From positions 286,433 to 350,432 of the forward strand of contig MEUZ01000003.1 of NCBI GenBank assembly GCA_001772615.1: a stretch of DNA of 64,000 nt, in the 5' to 3' direction. The position numbers and the translations under genes were made by a program. Each line of letters begins with the position of its first letter. Within the stretch, counting starts at the first letter, position 1. Below, in pieces: positions 18,478-28,101 of this stretch. The notes below the pieces were generated by a model. The model was not told the origin of the DNA. It searched no databases and saw only the letters and a program-made list of their open reading frames with translations. The DNA comes from a candidate division WWE3 bacterium RIFCSPHIGHO2_01_FULL_40_23 (GTDB taxonomy: Bacteria > Patescibacteriota > WWE3 > UBA101185 > 2-01-FULL-41-18).

Positions 18478-18873
18478 TTATACTCTCCTTCTGTTTTTAG
18501 GCTTGCACCCGTTATGAGGAACGGGGGTAACATCCGCAATTGAAACTACGTTTAATCCCGCGTTTTTAAGAGCTTTTATCGCGGAAATTCTTCCGTTCCC
18601 GGGCCCTTTAACAAATACTGAAACTTCTCTCATACCTTTTTGAGCTGCCTTTCTTGCCACGGCTTCTGTAGCTACGGTTGCAGCAAAAGGAGTTGACTTT
18701 CTTGTTCCTTTAAAACCCGATGCTCCGCTGCTTCCCGTGCAGATAACTTTGCCGGATGAATCGGTGATCGTAACAATTGTATTATTAAAACCCGCACTGA
18801 TATAAACCTTGCCCGAAGATAGGTTTCCTAATGACTGCTTTATTTTAGAATGCTCTGTTTCTATATATGGCAT
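18478..18873 (-). CDS. rpsK: 30S ribosomal protein S11
   Basis: ...[22 protein letters not shown]... Confidence 0.93.
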   Translation of the reverse strand: MPYIETEHSKIKQSLGNLSSGKVYISAGFNNTIVTITDSSGKVICTGSSGASGFKGTRKSTPFAATVATEAVARKAAQKGMREVSVFVKGPGNGRISAIKALKNAGLNVVSIADVTPVPHNGCKPKNRRRV

Positions 18874-18877
18874 ACTA

Positions 18878-19264
18878 TTATTTCTTGGCTAAAACTTTCT
18901 TCATACCGCCGACTGTTTTCCTCTTGCCTTTTTTAGTTCTGGCGTTTGTTCTTGTTCTTTGGCCCCTTACAGGAAGGCCTTTTTTATGTCTTATTCCCCT
19001 GTACGATTGAATTTCCTGAAGCCTTCTGATATTTTGTGAAACTATCTTTCTTAACTCTCCCTCTACGGGAAACCCTGTTTTTTCAATAGCTTCTCTTATT
19101 TTTGCTATTTCTTCTTCAGTTAAATTCTTAACCCTCTCATCAGGATTTATTTTTGCCAGTGTCAGAATTTTTTTGGACAGGGAAGGACCCACACCATAAA
19201 TATAGGTAAGGGACACTTCAACTCTTTTTTCATTTGGTACATCAACTCCCGCAATTCTAGCCAT
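18878..19264 (-). CDS. rpsM: 30S ribosomal protein S13. The start is probably the internal MARIAGVDV; the full ORF extends to 19321.
   Basis: [26 protein letters not shown]. Confidence 0.9.
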   Translation of the reverse strand: MARIAGVDVPNEKRVEVSLTYIYGVGPSLSKKILTLAKINPDERVKNLTEEEIAKIREAIEKTGFPVEGELRKIVSQNIRRLQEIQSYRGIRHKKGLPVRGQRTRTNARTKKGKRKTVGGMKKVLAKK

Positions 19265-19394
19265 AAGGTGAAAATTACCCCTGCCTTTGTTTATGCTTTG
19301 GGGTTCTTGAGCAGATAACAAAAACCTTTCCTTCTCTTCTAACTATTTTACAATTCCTGCACATTTTTTTGACAGAGGGCCGAACTTTCATAAA

Positions 19395-19610
19395 TTATGA
19401 ACGATAGGTAATCCTGCCGCGTGTCAAATCAACGGGGCTAAATTCAACCTTGACTTTGTCTCCGGGCAAGATTTTGATGTGAAACATACGCATCTTACCT
19501 GAAACGGTTGCAAGGGCTTCAGTCCCATCATCAAAGATGATTTTAAACATCGCACTCGGCAATGATTCCTTAACTATTCCTTCTTTTTCAACTACGTCTT
19601 TCTTTGACAT
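19395..19610 (-). CDS. infA: Translation initiation factor IF-1
   Basis: 71-aa S1-like OB fold: ...[33 protein letters not shown]. Confidence 0.9.
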   Translation of the reverse strand: MSKKDVVEKEGIVKESLPSAMFKIIFDDGTEALATVSGKMRMFHIKILPGDKVKVEFSPVDLTRGRITYRS

Positions 19611-19734
19611 CCGGAAAGCTCCGGCAAAAGCCGGTTTTTTAATGCAAGCTGCATTCTAACAAATGGATTTTTACCCGTCAACAAGCTGAAAATCCAGCTA
19701 AACAATAACAAACTTGATAGAAAAACTATAAGAT

Positions 19735-20478
19735 CTAATCAAACAAGGTTAAAATCAAAGGACCGTCTTTTGTGACCGCAATGGTGTGTTCAAATAGCGC
19801 TGAAAGACTCCTGTCCTTGGTGATTATCGTCCACCCGTCTTTTTCATAATCAATTTCATAACTTCCCTTTTGATAAATTACTTCAAGAGCTAAAACCATG
19901 CCTTCTTTAAGAATAGGCCCCGTTCCAGCTTTTCCAAAACCCGGGACAAAAGGGTCTTCATGCAGTGACTTCCCAATCCCGTGCCCGACAAGATCTCTGC
20001 TTACCGTAAAATCTTTACCCTCTATAACTTTCTGAATAGCGTTAGAAATATCCCCGACTTTATTTCCGACTATGCACATACTAACAGCATCACTTAGTGC
20101 GAGCCTTCCCGCGGAAAGAAAGTCTTCCTGAACGTTTGTTTCTACCTCAACTGTATCCGATAAATCAGTATGAAAGCCTTTGTATAAAACACCTAGGTCT
20201 ACTTTTACAAGATCGCCTTTTTTTATAACCCTTTGATTTGGAATCCCGTGAACAACGCCTTCATTGACATTTATACAGGTTGTGAATTTATAGTTTTTAA
20301 CGGTCTTAAATGAGGGTTTTCCCTTATGATTTAAGATATATTCCTCAGCGATTTTATCAAGTTCAATTGTTTTTATGCCGGCTCTCACGTTTTTTAAAAC
20401 TTCTTTTAAAGCGCCCGCGGAGATCATTCCCCCCTCCCGCATCACTTTTAACTCTTCCTCCGTTTTTAGAGAGATCAT
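19735..20478 (-). CDS. map: Methionine aminopeptidase type I
   Basis: 247 aa with the pita-bread fold metal-site residues. Canonical position downstream of secY-adk. Confidence 0.9.
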   Translation of the reverse strand: MISLKTEEELKVMREGGMISAGALKEVLKNVRAGIKTIELDKIAEEYILNHKGKPSFKTVKNYKFTTCINVNEGVVHGIPNQRVIKKGDLVKVDLGVLYKGFHTDLSDTVEVETNVQEDFLSAGRLALSDAVSMCIVGNKVGDISNAIQKVIEGKDFTVSRDLVGHGIGKSLHEDPFVPGFGKAGTGPILKEGMVLALEVIYQKGSYEIDYEKDGWTIITKDRSLSALFEHTIAVTKDGPLILTLFD

Positions 20479-20559
20479 AAGGCCACTTTAGAGTATTTAA
20501 ACTAATTTGCAAACACCTATATATTTGATACAATTTCTACTAACACTTTTTCAGAGGCC

Positions 20560-20860
20560 CATTAGAAAACATAAAAAGACCAGCCCTGGTCCGCCCTAAC
20601 TCAAAAGTGAGGGTAAGAAGAACCTGGCCTTAAGGAGAGAAACACACATGGATCCTGGTTTCAGCCGCAAGACCAATCGCCTTTATGATCACCCCTGCAC
20701 CGCGGCCAACGACAACGGCACCAGCTAGCGCGCCGGCCGGGCCCTAAGGGTTGTAAATGAACACAACCCCCCAAAGGCCAACAAACCCTCGGTTCTTGCG
20801 ACCAATGAACCGGGGGTTCCCTTTTCCCATTTCACATTGAAACTTAAAATGTACCTTCTC
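20560..20860 (-). ncRNA. Candidate structured ncRNA or foreign island. GC is about 57% over ~300 nt in a ~39% GC genome. Class unknown.
   Basis: No ORF of 60 aa or more. Contains strong local helices (GGGTTGT...ACAACCC, GGCC...GGCC, CCGCGG runs). The minus-strand terminator at 20574-20597 lies at its 3' end. Alternatively, on the plus strand, an SD (aaggagag) precedes a 27-codon ORF MDPGFSRKTNRLYDHPCTAANDNGTS. Confidence 0.3.
20574..20597 (-). terminator. Intrinsic terminator on the minus strand
   Basis: Minus strand reads GGACCA gggc TGGTCT followed by TTTTTATGTTTTC. Confidence 0.5.
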
Positions 20861-20861
20861 T

Positions 20862-20952
20862 GTCATCCCGGACCTGCCTGTCGTAGACAGGCACATGATC
20901 CGAGATCTCCACAAAAGATCCAACGGGATCCCTGCTTTCGCAGGGATGACAT
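20862..20952. repeat. Hairpin repeat array of the same GTCAT/ATGAC family
   Basis: gtcatCCCGGACCTGCCTGTCgtagACAGGCA ... gATCCCTGCtttcGCAGGGATgacat. It translates to the VIPAKAGIP-type spurious ORF 20744..20974. Confidence 0.7.
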
Positions 20953-21022
20953 GAGAGCATTTGATCAGGATCAAAATTTGTAGAACAATGCTTTCACATC
21001 AATAAGATAAGGAGAGATCCTC

Positions 21023-21250
21023 ATGAAAACCATCCTTCTAGCAGAGTTTGATAGGAGTTTTGATCTGCAGAAGCTCAAAGAAATCAAAAGAATACCTCAT
21101 GTGCAATCTGCTGAGGTAGTCACCGGGCGGATTGATCTGGTGATTGTGATCATGGCAAGAACCGACGACCAAATTTCCGCAACCGTGCAAAAGATCAGGA
21201 AAATAAAAGGTATTAGATCAATATCAAGTCATGTAGTTCTAAAAATCTGA
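21023..21250 (+). CDS. Stand-alone Lrp/AsnC-type RAM (ligand-binding) domain protein, 75 aa
   Basis: Beta-alpha-beta-beta-alpha-beta pattern ...VTGRIDLVIVIMARTDDQISATVQKIRKIKGIRSISSHVVLKI. SD-like ggagaga upstream. Confidence 0.55.
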   Translation: MKTILLAEFDRSFDLQKLKEIKRIPHVQSAEVVTGRIDLVIVIMARTDDQISATVQKIRKIKGIRSISSHVVLKI

Positions 21251-21288
21251 CCCACCTCCAGGCTCGTTTTACAAACAGCCTGGATTTT

Positions 21289-22158
21289 TTATCTTGCTCC
21301 TACAATTCCGGACAAATCAAGAATGTTGCTTTCACTACCCATAACCGTCGGGAGCTTGCCATCCCATTTTTCAATCCACATCTTCCTTAAAAGTTCATTA
21401 GTTATTGACGCCCTCAAAAGCTCCTGTTCCCTTGCCATACCTTCCGCCTGGGTTATTCTGGCCTCTTTTTGAAACTTTGCCTGTTCGGCTCTATTCTTTT
21501 CGGTTTCAACCCTTACTGCCTCAATCTGCTTAGCCTCAATCGCCTGAATGTATTGAGGGGTAAACTTAATTTCCCTTATCCCAACCTCATCAAGAATAAT
21601 GCCGTTCTCCTCAAAGGAAGGCTTAAGCTGACTTTCCACTCTATTCTGAACCTCAAGAACGTTTCCCGTATAAAGGTCCGCCGCCTCAAATTCTCTGGTT
21701 ACATTCCTTGTCCATATTCTTGAGTCGGTTTTAACTATCTTCTCTACAAGGTCATCCTCCGAACCGATATTTTGAGCCACCCAAGTTGCCTTTTTAGGAT
21801 CAATGCTAAATCTTACCGTATAAAAGATATCAACCTGTTGTCCATCTTTGGTGTTCGTGTCAACCGGATAGTCTTTATAATCCGCTCTTGACCCCTGCTG
21901 TTTCTCAACGGTTGTAGTCTCATATATTACTTTTTTGGTGTTGTACCTAAGAGTTGATTCCGCAATAGGTAAAATAAAACTGGCTCCCGGATGCAAAACT
22001 CTTCCCGTTACCCGTCCAAATCTTGTCACGACTTCAACGGTTCCAGGCTGCACCATTTTTAACGAGGACAAAATAACAATTAAAAGAACCGCGGAAAGAA
22101 AAATGGACCCAAAAGACTTTGCTGCTTTTGCACCAAACGATTCAAATGTTACAACCAC
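21289..22158 (-). CDS. SPFH/band-7 (prohibitin/HflC-like) membrane protein
   Basis: N-terminal TM, a band-7 core, and a C-terminal coiled coil (IEAVRVETEKNRAEQAKFQKEARITQAEGMAREQELL). Confidence 0.75.
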   Translation of the reverse strand: MVVTFESFGAKAAKSFGSIFLSAVLLIVILSSLKMVQPGTVEVVTRFGRVTGRVLHPGASFILPIAESTLRYNTKKVIYETTTVEKQQGSRADYKDYPVDTNTKDGQQVDIFYTVRFSIDPKKATWVAQNIGSEDDLVEKIVKTDSRIWTRNVTREFEAADLYTGNVLEVQNRVESQLKPSFEENGIILDEVGIREIKFTPQYIQAIEAKQIEAVRVETEKNRAEQAKFQKEARITQAEGMAREQELLRASITNELLRKMWIEKWDGKLPTVMGSESNILDLSGIVGAR

Positions 22159-22159
22159 T

Positions 22160-22717
22160 TTACTTCACCTCCTTTAACCTGTTCATTATGTCAAGGAAAA
22201 TTTCCTCAATAGACCTCTCTCCATCTACATCCTCCACAATACCTTTGGCTTTAAAATACTCTATCACCGGACCTGTTTTTAAATCATGCTCCGAAAGGCG
22301 TTTTAAAACCGCTTCCGGTGCTTCATCCGATCTATGCTCTAAATCAACTCTCTTCTGAATTCTTTTCATATATTCGTCAGGGCTCACAATCAAATTAAAG
22401 ACCTTATCAAGCTTGATATTTAATTCCTCCTCCATAAACGGGATCTGATCCACCGTTCTTGGAAAACCCGTGAAAACAAAACCTTTGTTCGCGTCACACC
22501 GGTTCTTAACATATTCTTTTATAATCTGAAAATAAATTTCTTCGGGGACATACTCGCCGCGGTCCATATATTCCTTCGCTTTCATACCCATTTCAGTCTC
22601 GGAGCTTTCTCTTAGCATTGCCCCGCTGTCAAGGAAATTTAAATTTAATTTTTTTGCGATAAGTTTAGCTTGTGTGCTTTTACCCGACCCCTGCGGCCCG
22701 CTTACAAGTATATGCAT
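22160..22717 (-). CDS. Adenylate-kinase-family NMP kinase, second paralog
   Basis: P-loop VSGPQGSGKSTQA, an NMP-binding region and a short LID. 185 aa. Confidence 0.75.
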   Translation of the reverse strand: MHILVSGPQGSGKSTQAKLIAKKLNLNFLDSGAMLRESSETEMGMKAKEYMDRGEYVPEEIYFQIIKEYVKNRCDANKGFVFTGFPRTVDQIPFMEEELNIKLDKVFNLIVSPDEYMKRIQKRVDLEHRSDEAPEAVLKRLSEHDLKTGPVIEYFKAKGIVEDVDGERSIEEIFLDIMNRLKEVK

Positions 22718-22757
22718 AAATTATTATAGGCACCAATAAAAAGAAATGTCCAAAGCA

Positions 22758-23291
22758 CTATGAAGCATTCATATGGGAAGTAATTTGATTAAACACATCT
22801 TCTTTGTCTTTTTCGCCGTCAATTTCTACAAGTCTTCCAAGTCCTCTGTAATAATCCAAAACTTTTGACGTTTTCTCATGGTACCAGGAAAGCCTGTTCT
22901 TAATTCCTTCTGGGGTGTCATCAACCCTTCCTCTTGCCCTTAATCTATTCACAGCAGTTTTATCAGAAATATTAATAAAAAACACGTTACTCACATAGGG
23001 GTCATACATATACAGCTGTTCTATTGAGCGGGGATATCCGTCAAGAACATACCCATTTCTACAATCATTCATTGAGAGCCTTAACTTTAAAATTTCAGAT
23101 GCATACTCGTCGGGGACAAGCTTTCCCTCCTTCATAAGCGAACAGGCTTGTCTGTTAAAATCGGCTTCCACTTTGCAGGATTCTCTGATCAGATCGCCTA
23201 TATCTATAAGAGGTGCGTTGAGCCAATTCGCAAGAAGTTTTGCCTGCGTCGTCTTTCCGCTTCCCTGCGGCCCAAGAATTGTTATTTTCAC
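22758..23291 (-). CDS. adk: Adenylate kinase (short type)
   Basis: ILGPQGSGKTTQAKLLA ... VLDGYPRSIEQ ... RARGRVDD. Canonical position after secY. Confidence 0.85.
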   Translation of the reverse strand: MKITILGPQGSGKTTQAKLLANWLNAPLIDIGDLIRESCKVEADFNRQACSLMKEGKLVPDEYASEILKLRLSMNDCRNGYVLDGYPRSIEQLYMYDPYVSNVFFINISDKTAVNRLRARGRVDDTPEGIKNRLSWYHEKTSKVLDYYRGLGRLVEIDGEKDKEDVFNQITSHMNAS

Positions 23292-23586
23292 TTTTTTATT
23301 ATATATCTAAACTATCGCGGATTGTTTTGTGTCATCCTGAACCCTTTTGGACAACCAATTTTAATAATAGTAATATAGAACAATCCCAAAGGAGTTCTAA
23401 CATGTCCATGCAAAAAGCGGATTTTGAAGAAAACGATCCCGAAACAATGCGCTTGAGAAGGCAATTCATGACCTGGGTGATGATAATCTTCGCTATCGCA
23501 CTGGCGGGGATCATAACCCTTGCCATCCTCCCAATGTTTCTGTACTAGAACCAGACCAAACCGCTGTTTGCCAAAACGGCGGTTTT

Positions 23587-23853
23587 TTACAATCCCGGAA
23601 TACCAAGATCCGAAAGCTGGCCTTTCATTTTCTTGGCCACCTTTTTCTGAACCTCTTTTAAAGCGTCATTAATCACATCTTTTAACCTTTTATCCTCAAC
23701 ACCGTCCACTTCAATCTTTTCTATATGGTTATCCCCTCTTACAACAAGCTTAATACCTCTATTTTCATACTCTACAAAGATCTGCTCCATTTCTTTTTTC
23801 ATAGAGTCGGCTTGCTTTTTTAAATTGTAGAGATCTTTCATTTTGTCAAACAT
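23587..23853 (-). CDS. ybaB: Nucleoid-associated protein YbaB/EbfC
   Basis: 88 aa: MFDKMKDLYNLKKQADSMKKEMEQI...KMKGQLSDLGIPGL. Confidence 0.75.
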   Translation of the reverse strand: MFDKMKDLYNLKKQADSMKKEMEQIFVEYENRGIKLVVRGDNHIEKIEVDGVEDKRLKDVINDALKEVQKKVAKKMKGQLSDLGIPGL

Positions 23854-23874
23854 AAAATATTCCTAGAAACATCA

Positions 23875-25146
23875 CTACTCCAAAAAAGACTCGTAGTTTC
23901 TTGTCTCCATCATTGATTCTATTTGCCTTAAGGTTTCTAAAACTACTGAAACAACAATTAAAAGCCCCGTGCCGCCGACCGTAAGCGTAGTCACGTTTGT
24001 AAAATTCTGAACCACTGAAGGAAGAACTGCAATTGCCCCAAGGAAAAGCGCGCCTGCAAGCGTAATTCTTGTTATAACTTTATTTAAATATTCCGCGGTT
24101 GGCTTGCCGGGCCTTACACCGGGTATAAAACCACCGCCCTTTTTAATATCCTCGGCAATTTTTTCAGGGTTAAACTGAACGGCTGTATAAAAATATGTAA
24201 ACCCAACGACAAGAACAAAATAAGTAACATTGTACCAAAAAGACGCTGTAGAAAAATTAGAAGACAAAAATAAAGCCGCCTTTTGTACAATCGGATTTGA
24301 AACATTTTGAAAATATCTTCCAATAACCGATGGGAGAAGAACTAATGAAACCGCAAAAATTATAGGAATAACCCCCGCCTGATTTACTTTCAAAGGAAGG
24401 TAATTAGTACCGCTCTGATAAGCTCCCTTTACCCTTCTTGCGTATTCAATCGGAACATTTCGCGTACCTTCATTAATAACAACGACCCCCGCTATAACGA
24501 GTATCGCTATTCCAAGAAAAATGAGAATATTTGTAATTCCCTGGCTGGTTACGGTTGAATATGTTTGGGTAAAACTAGTCGGAAGACTTGAAACAATACC
24601 TACAAATATAAGCATGGAAATACCCTGGCCGACACCATATTCTGTAATGAGCTCTCCAATCCACATAAGAAGGAGAGTTCCCGCAGTCATGGTTAAAACC
24701 ATAGTAACTATTTCCAAAACCTTTAAAGATCCCATAATACCCTGGCTCTTTAAAAGAAAGTAAACGCTGTAAGATTGTATAAACGCAAGAGGCACGGTCA
24801 AAAACCTTGTGTACTGATTAATCTGCTCCCGGCCCGCTTCCCCTTCTTTTGAAAGCTCTTCAAGAGATGGGAAAACCATAGTTAAAAGCTGCATGATGAT
24901 TGAAGCGTTAATATAAGGGTTTAGTCCAAGCGTTACAACTGAAAAGTTGCTTAAACCCCCGCCACTGAATAAATTTAAAAGTCCTAAAAAACCGTTTGAT
25001 TCCAGGAGAGCTCTTAAAGAAACAAGATCAACACCAGGAATAGGTACATGGGATAAAACTCTAAAAACCACAATTATAAAAAGGGTGAATAAAATTTTCT
25101 TTCTTAGTTCGGGAAGCCTCCATGCCCCCCTGATAGATGAAAGCAT
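23875..25146 (-). CDS. secY: Preprotein translocase subunit SecY
   Basis: 423 aa, 10 TM. Directly follows rplO with no rpmD between them. Confidence 0.95.
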   Translation of the reverse strand: MLSSIRGAWRLPELRKKILFTLFIIVVFRVLSHVPIPGVDLVSLRALLESNGFLGLLNLFSGGGLSNFSVVTLGLNPYINASIIMQLLTMVFPSLEELSKEGEAGREQINQYTRFLTVPLAFIQSYSVYFLLKSQGIMGSLKVLEIVTMVLTMTAGTLLLMWIGELITEYGVGQGISMLIFVGIVSSLPTSFTQTYSTVTSQGITNILIFLGIAILVIAGVVVINEGTRNVPIEYARRVKGAYQSGTNYLPLKVNQAGVIPIIFAVSLVLLPSVIGRYFQNVSNPIVQKAALFLSSNFSTASFWYNVTYFVLVVGFTYFYTAVQFNPEKIAEDIKKGGGFIPGVRPGKPTAEYLNKVITRITLAGALFLGAIAVLPSVVQNFTNVTTLTVGGTGLLIVVSVVLETLRQIESMMETRNYESFLE

Positions 25147-25151
25147 ATAAG

Positions 25152-25595
25152 CTATTTAGCCTCCCCTGAAAGTTTGGTTATTTTCTCCAAAGCGCTTTTT
25201 GAATAAGTAAAGCCTTCCAGAATAACCTTCTTTGTAAGTGTACCGCTTCCTAAAACTTTAACTCCTCCTTCAGGAACCCTTTTTACCAAATTTAACTCTA
25301 CCAGAGAAAAAGGCGTTATCTTTTTACCCTCCGAGATTCTTTCAAGATCCGAAAGGTTGATGATAAAACGTGAAATTCTGTGAGAGCTGACGAAGCCTTT
25401 TCTTTTTGGCATTTTCATATATAAAGGCACCTGACCACCTTCAAACCCGACAGGAAGGTTATAACCCGTTCTTGCCTTTTGGCCCTTTTGACCTCTTCCG
25501 GTTGTATGTGAACCTTTGCCGCTTCCAATGCCGCGGCCTACCCTTTTCGCTCTTTTGTGAAGTCCTTTTAATTTTGGGAGTCTTCCTAAATCCAT
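25152..25595 (-). CDS. rplO: 50S ribosomal protein L15
   Basis: ...GRGIGSGKGSHTTGRGQKGQKAR... Confidence 0.93.
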   Translation of the reverse strand: MDLGRLPKLKGLHKRAKRVGRGIGSGKGSHTTGRGQKGQKARTGYNLPVGFEGGQVPLYMKMPKRKGFVSSHRISRFIINLSDLERISEGKKITPFSLVELNLVKRVPEGGVKVLGSGTLTKKVILEGFTYSKSALEKITKLSGEAK

Positions 25596-25597
25596 AA

Positions 25598-26041
25598 TTA
25601 CCCCTTTAACTTTTCCAAAGCTTTAATTGTAGCCTCTACGTTTGAAAGTTTATTACTTGAACCAAACATCTTGGCTGAAATATCTTTAATACCGGCAAGC
25701 TCTAAAATCTGCCTGACCGTTCCCCCCGCTATTAAACCTGTACCTTTAGGCGCGGGTTTTAAATAAACTTCGGCAGCGTTTGATTTACATACTACCTCAT
25801 GCGCAATCGTATCTCCCTTTCTTTTAATAAAGTGAAGATTCTTTTTGGCTCCCGTAACAGCTTTGGAGATAGCCTGGCTTACATCCTTTGCTCTTCCGTG
25901 GGCAAAGCCCACTCTTCCATTCCGATCACCTATTGCAACAAGAGCCGAAAAGCTTATCTTTCCTCCACCCTTGGTTTTTTTTGAAACCCTGTTTAATTGT
26001 ATTACTTTTTCTTCAAACTCTTTTTGAACGTATCCTTCCAT
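25598..26041 (-). CDS. rpsE: 30S ribosomal protein S5
   Basis: ...RVSKKTKGGGKISFSALVAIGDRNGRVGFAHGRAKDV... Confidence 0.93.
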   Translation of the reverse strand: MEGYVQKEFEEKVIQLNRVSKKTKGGGKISFSALVAIGDRNGRVGFAHGRAKDVSQAISKAVTGAKKNLHFIKRKGDTIAHEVVCKSNAAEVYLKPAPKGTGLIAGGTVRQILELAGIKDISAKMFGSSNKLSNVEATIKALEKLKG

Positions 26042-26047
26042 ATATCC

Positions 26048-26392
26048 TTAAAATTTTAAACCACCTTTCCTTGCCCCCTCGGCAAGAGATTTAACTCTCC
26101 CGTGGTATTTGTAACTTCCTCTGTCAAATATAACCTCTTTAATACCTTTTTTTAAAGCATTCTCGGAAAGCTTTACTCCTGCCTCAAAAGCTCTTTTGGT
26201 TTTAGTGCCTTTTAAATTTGAGTCTGAAACAGTAATCAAAGTATTGCCTGTTCTGTTATCAATTATTTGAGCATAAATATATTTATTTGATCTAAACACG
26301 GAAAGTCTTGCCTTATCTTTAAAGCTTTTTATTTTGGACCTTGACCTTATTTGCCTTCTTTGTCTGTTAGATTTATAAAGTTTGACTTTCAT
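26048..26392 (-). CDS. rplR: 50S ribosomal protein L18
   Basis: Assigned by position and length (114 aa). [19 protein letters not shown]. Confidence 0.9.
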   Translation of the reverse strand: MKVKLYKSNRQRRQIRSRSKIKSFKDKARLSVFRSNKYIYAQIIDNRTGNTLITVSDSNLKGTKTKRAFEAGVKLSENALKKGIKEVIFDRGSYKYHGRVKSLAEGARKGGLKF

Positions 26393-26937
26393 TAGACAGC
26401 CTTTACTCCGGTTTTTCCGGCCTTCCTTCTTACATATTCATTAACATACCTTATCCCTTTTCCTTTATAAGGCTCGGGCGGCCTTACGTTTCTGATCTTT
26501 GCCGCAGTCAACCCAACAAGCGACTTGTCGGCTCCCGCAACCGAAATTTTGGTACTCTCGTCAACATTTAAAGTTATCCCCTCTGGAGCCGTAAATTCCA
26601 CGGGATGTGAATAACCTATGTTTATAACAAGGTCATTTCCTTTTTTAGAAGCTCTATACCCAACTCCCACAATCTCAAGGTCCTTTCTATATCCTTCGGT
26701 CACTCCTTTTACCATACCTGAAACAAGAGATCTATATAATCCCCAACTTGCCCTTGTTTGTCTTTCGTCATCTTTAGCTTTAAATAAAACCTCACCGTCT
26801 TTGACCGCTACATCTATCCTTCCCTTAATCTCTTGTGAAAGTTCCCCTTTCGGACCTTTAACTCTCACAATGCCGGGATCAATAGTAATCGTAACTCCAT
26901 TAGGTATTTTAATAGGTGTTTTTCCAATTCTTGACAT
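26392..26937 (-). CDS. rplF: 50S ribosomal protein L6
   Basis: [20 protein letters not shown]... Confidence 0.93.
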   Translation of the reverse strand: MSRIGKTPIKIPNGVTITIDPGIVRVKGPKGELSQEIKGRIDVAVKDGEVLFKAKDDERQTRASWGLYRSLVSGMVKGVTEGYRKDLEIVGVGYRASKKGNDLVINIGYSHPVEFTAPEGITLNVDESTKISVAGADKSLVGLTAAKIRNVRPPEPYKGKGIRYVNEYVRRKAGKTGVKAV

Positions 26938-26943
26938 AATTTC

Positions 26944-27342
26944 CTACAAAACTATACAAATAACTTCCCCTCCGAGTTTTCTCTTTCTTGCTTCTAGTCC
27001 ATCCATAATTCCCCTTGAGGTAGAAAATATTGAAATCCCAAAACCTGAAGCCACAGCCTTTATCTTATCTTTTGATTGATATACTCTTCTTCCCGGCTTT
27101 GACACTCTTGTAATATTAGAAATCCTTGAAACCCCGTCCTCATACTTTAAATCAATATGAATCATTTTATGCGGTGATCCTTCCTTTTTAAAAACTTTCA
27201 CGCCTTCCACAAATCCCTTTTCCTTCATCACATCAAGAATTCTCTCGTTTATTTTGGTGTATGGAAGTTCAACGAACTTCCTCTTTGCCATTGACGAGTT
27301 TTTAATGGAACTTAACATTGCCGAAATTGTATCTTTTGACAT
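26944..27342 (-). CDS. rpsH: 30S ribosomal protein S8. The start is probably MSKDTISAMLS; the full ORF extends to 27351.
   Basis: DTISAMLSSIKNSSMAKRKFVELPYTKI. Confidence 0.92.
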   Translation of the reverse strand: MSKDTISAMLSSIKNSSMAKRKFVELPYTKINERILDVMKEKGFVEGVKVFKKEGSPHKMIHIDLKYEDGVSRISNITRVSKPGRRVYQSKDKIKAVASGFGISIFSTSRGIMDGLEARKRKLGGEVICIVL

Positions 27343-27356
27343 ACCTCTCATACTGC

Positions 27357-27542
27357 CTACCAGCTTGCCTTTCTAACCCCTGAAAGCTCACCCTTTAAAG
27401 CAAGCTCCCTGAAACAAATTCTGCACAAGCCAAATCGTCTTAAATATCCTCTTGGACGACCGCAGATCTGGCATCTGTTTCTTTTCCTGACTTTATACTT
27501 AGGTTCTTTTTTAGATTTAATAATTAACGCTTTTTTAGCCAT
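27357..27542 (-). CDS. rpsN: 30S ribosomal protein S14, zinc-binding (type Z, 61 aa)
   Basis: [25 protein letters not shown]. Confidence 0.92.
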   Translation of the reverse strand: MAKKALIIKSKKEPKYKVRKRNRCQICGRPRGYLRRFGLCRICFRELALKGELSGVRKASW

Positions 27543-27547
27543 ATAAC

Positions 27548-28090
27548 CTACTTTTCAAAAGGCATTCCAAGTTTTGATAAAAGTAAATACGTTTCCTCGT
27601 TGCTGCCTCCTGAAGTAGCTATTGTAACTTCAAGGCTTTTTATTTTATCAACAGTGTTTGGGTTTATTTCAGGAAACACTGTATGCTCTTTAAGCCCAAG
27701 AGTGTAGTTTCCGTTCCCATCAAAAGCTTTTTTTGAAACGCCTCTGAAATCCCTGACCCTTGGAAGCACAATATTTAAAAGTTTATCAAGAAATACCCAC
27801 ATTTTATCTCCCCTTAAAGTTGCACTCATCCCGATCACATCCCCCTGCCTCACCTTAAAATTGGAAATTGACTTTTTGGCGCTTCTTAATCTTGGCTTCT
27901 GTCCGCAGATAAGTGCAAACTCTTTTTCACACGTAGCAATAAGCCCTTTGTCATCTTTAAATCTGCCGATACCCATATTAACAACAACTTTTTTAATCTT
28001 TGGAAGGGACATATGGTTTTTCCTTCCAAGTTCTTTTGAAAGCTCCTTTAATATTTGATTTTTATACTTTTCTTTAAGTCTTGCTTCCAT
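27548..28090 (-). CDS. rplE: 50S ribosomal protein L5
   Basis: [40 protein letters not shown]. Confidence 0.93.
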   Translation of the reverse strand: MEARLKEKYKNQILKELSKELGRKNHMSLPKIKKVVVNMGIGRFKDDKGLIATCEKEFALICGQKPRLRSAKKSISNFKVRQGDVIGMSATLRGDKMWVFLDKLLNIVLPRVRDFRGVSKKAFDGNGNYTLGLKEHTVFPEINPNTVDKIKSLEVTIATSGGSNEETYLLLSKLGMPFEK

Positions 28091-28101
28091 AAAATTCCAA
28101 A

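Noticed and set aside
20575-20640. Possible 5S rRNA, because ctaactcaaaagtgagggtaag weakly resembles the 5S loop C/helix III (CCGAACTCAGAAGTGAAAC)
   Set aside because: Only ~20 nt match. No helix IV/V or loop E sequence is present, and the region is far too short for a 5S gene.
20560-20860. tmRNA, RNase P RNA or SRP RNA as the identity of the GC-rich island
   Set aside because: The conserved motifs are all absent: no GGGG...tRNA-like acceptor/T-arm or ..ALAA tag frame, no GGAAAGUCCGG P4, and no GGAAGCAGCC SRP domain IV. Left as an unclassified candidate.
20744-20974. 76-aa minus ORF containing ...HVIPAKAGIPLDL...
   Set aside because: It spans the hairpin-repeat array and part of the GC island. 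VIPAKAGI-type peptides are the classic artefactual translation of GTCATCCCTGC...GCAGGGAT palindromic repeats. It has no SD and no domain.
26618-27079. 153-aa plus ORF across rplF/rpsH, and 28843..29301 plus ORF across rplX/rplN
   Set aside because: Antisense to conserved ribosomal protein genes.
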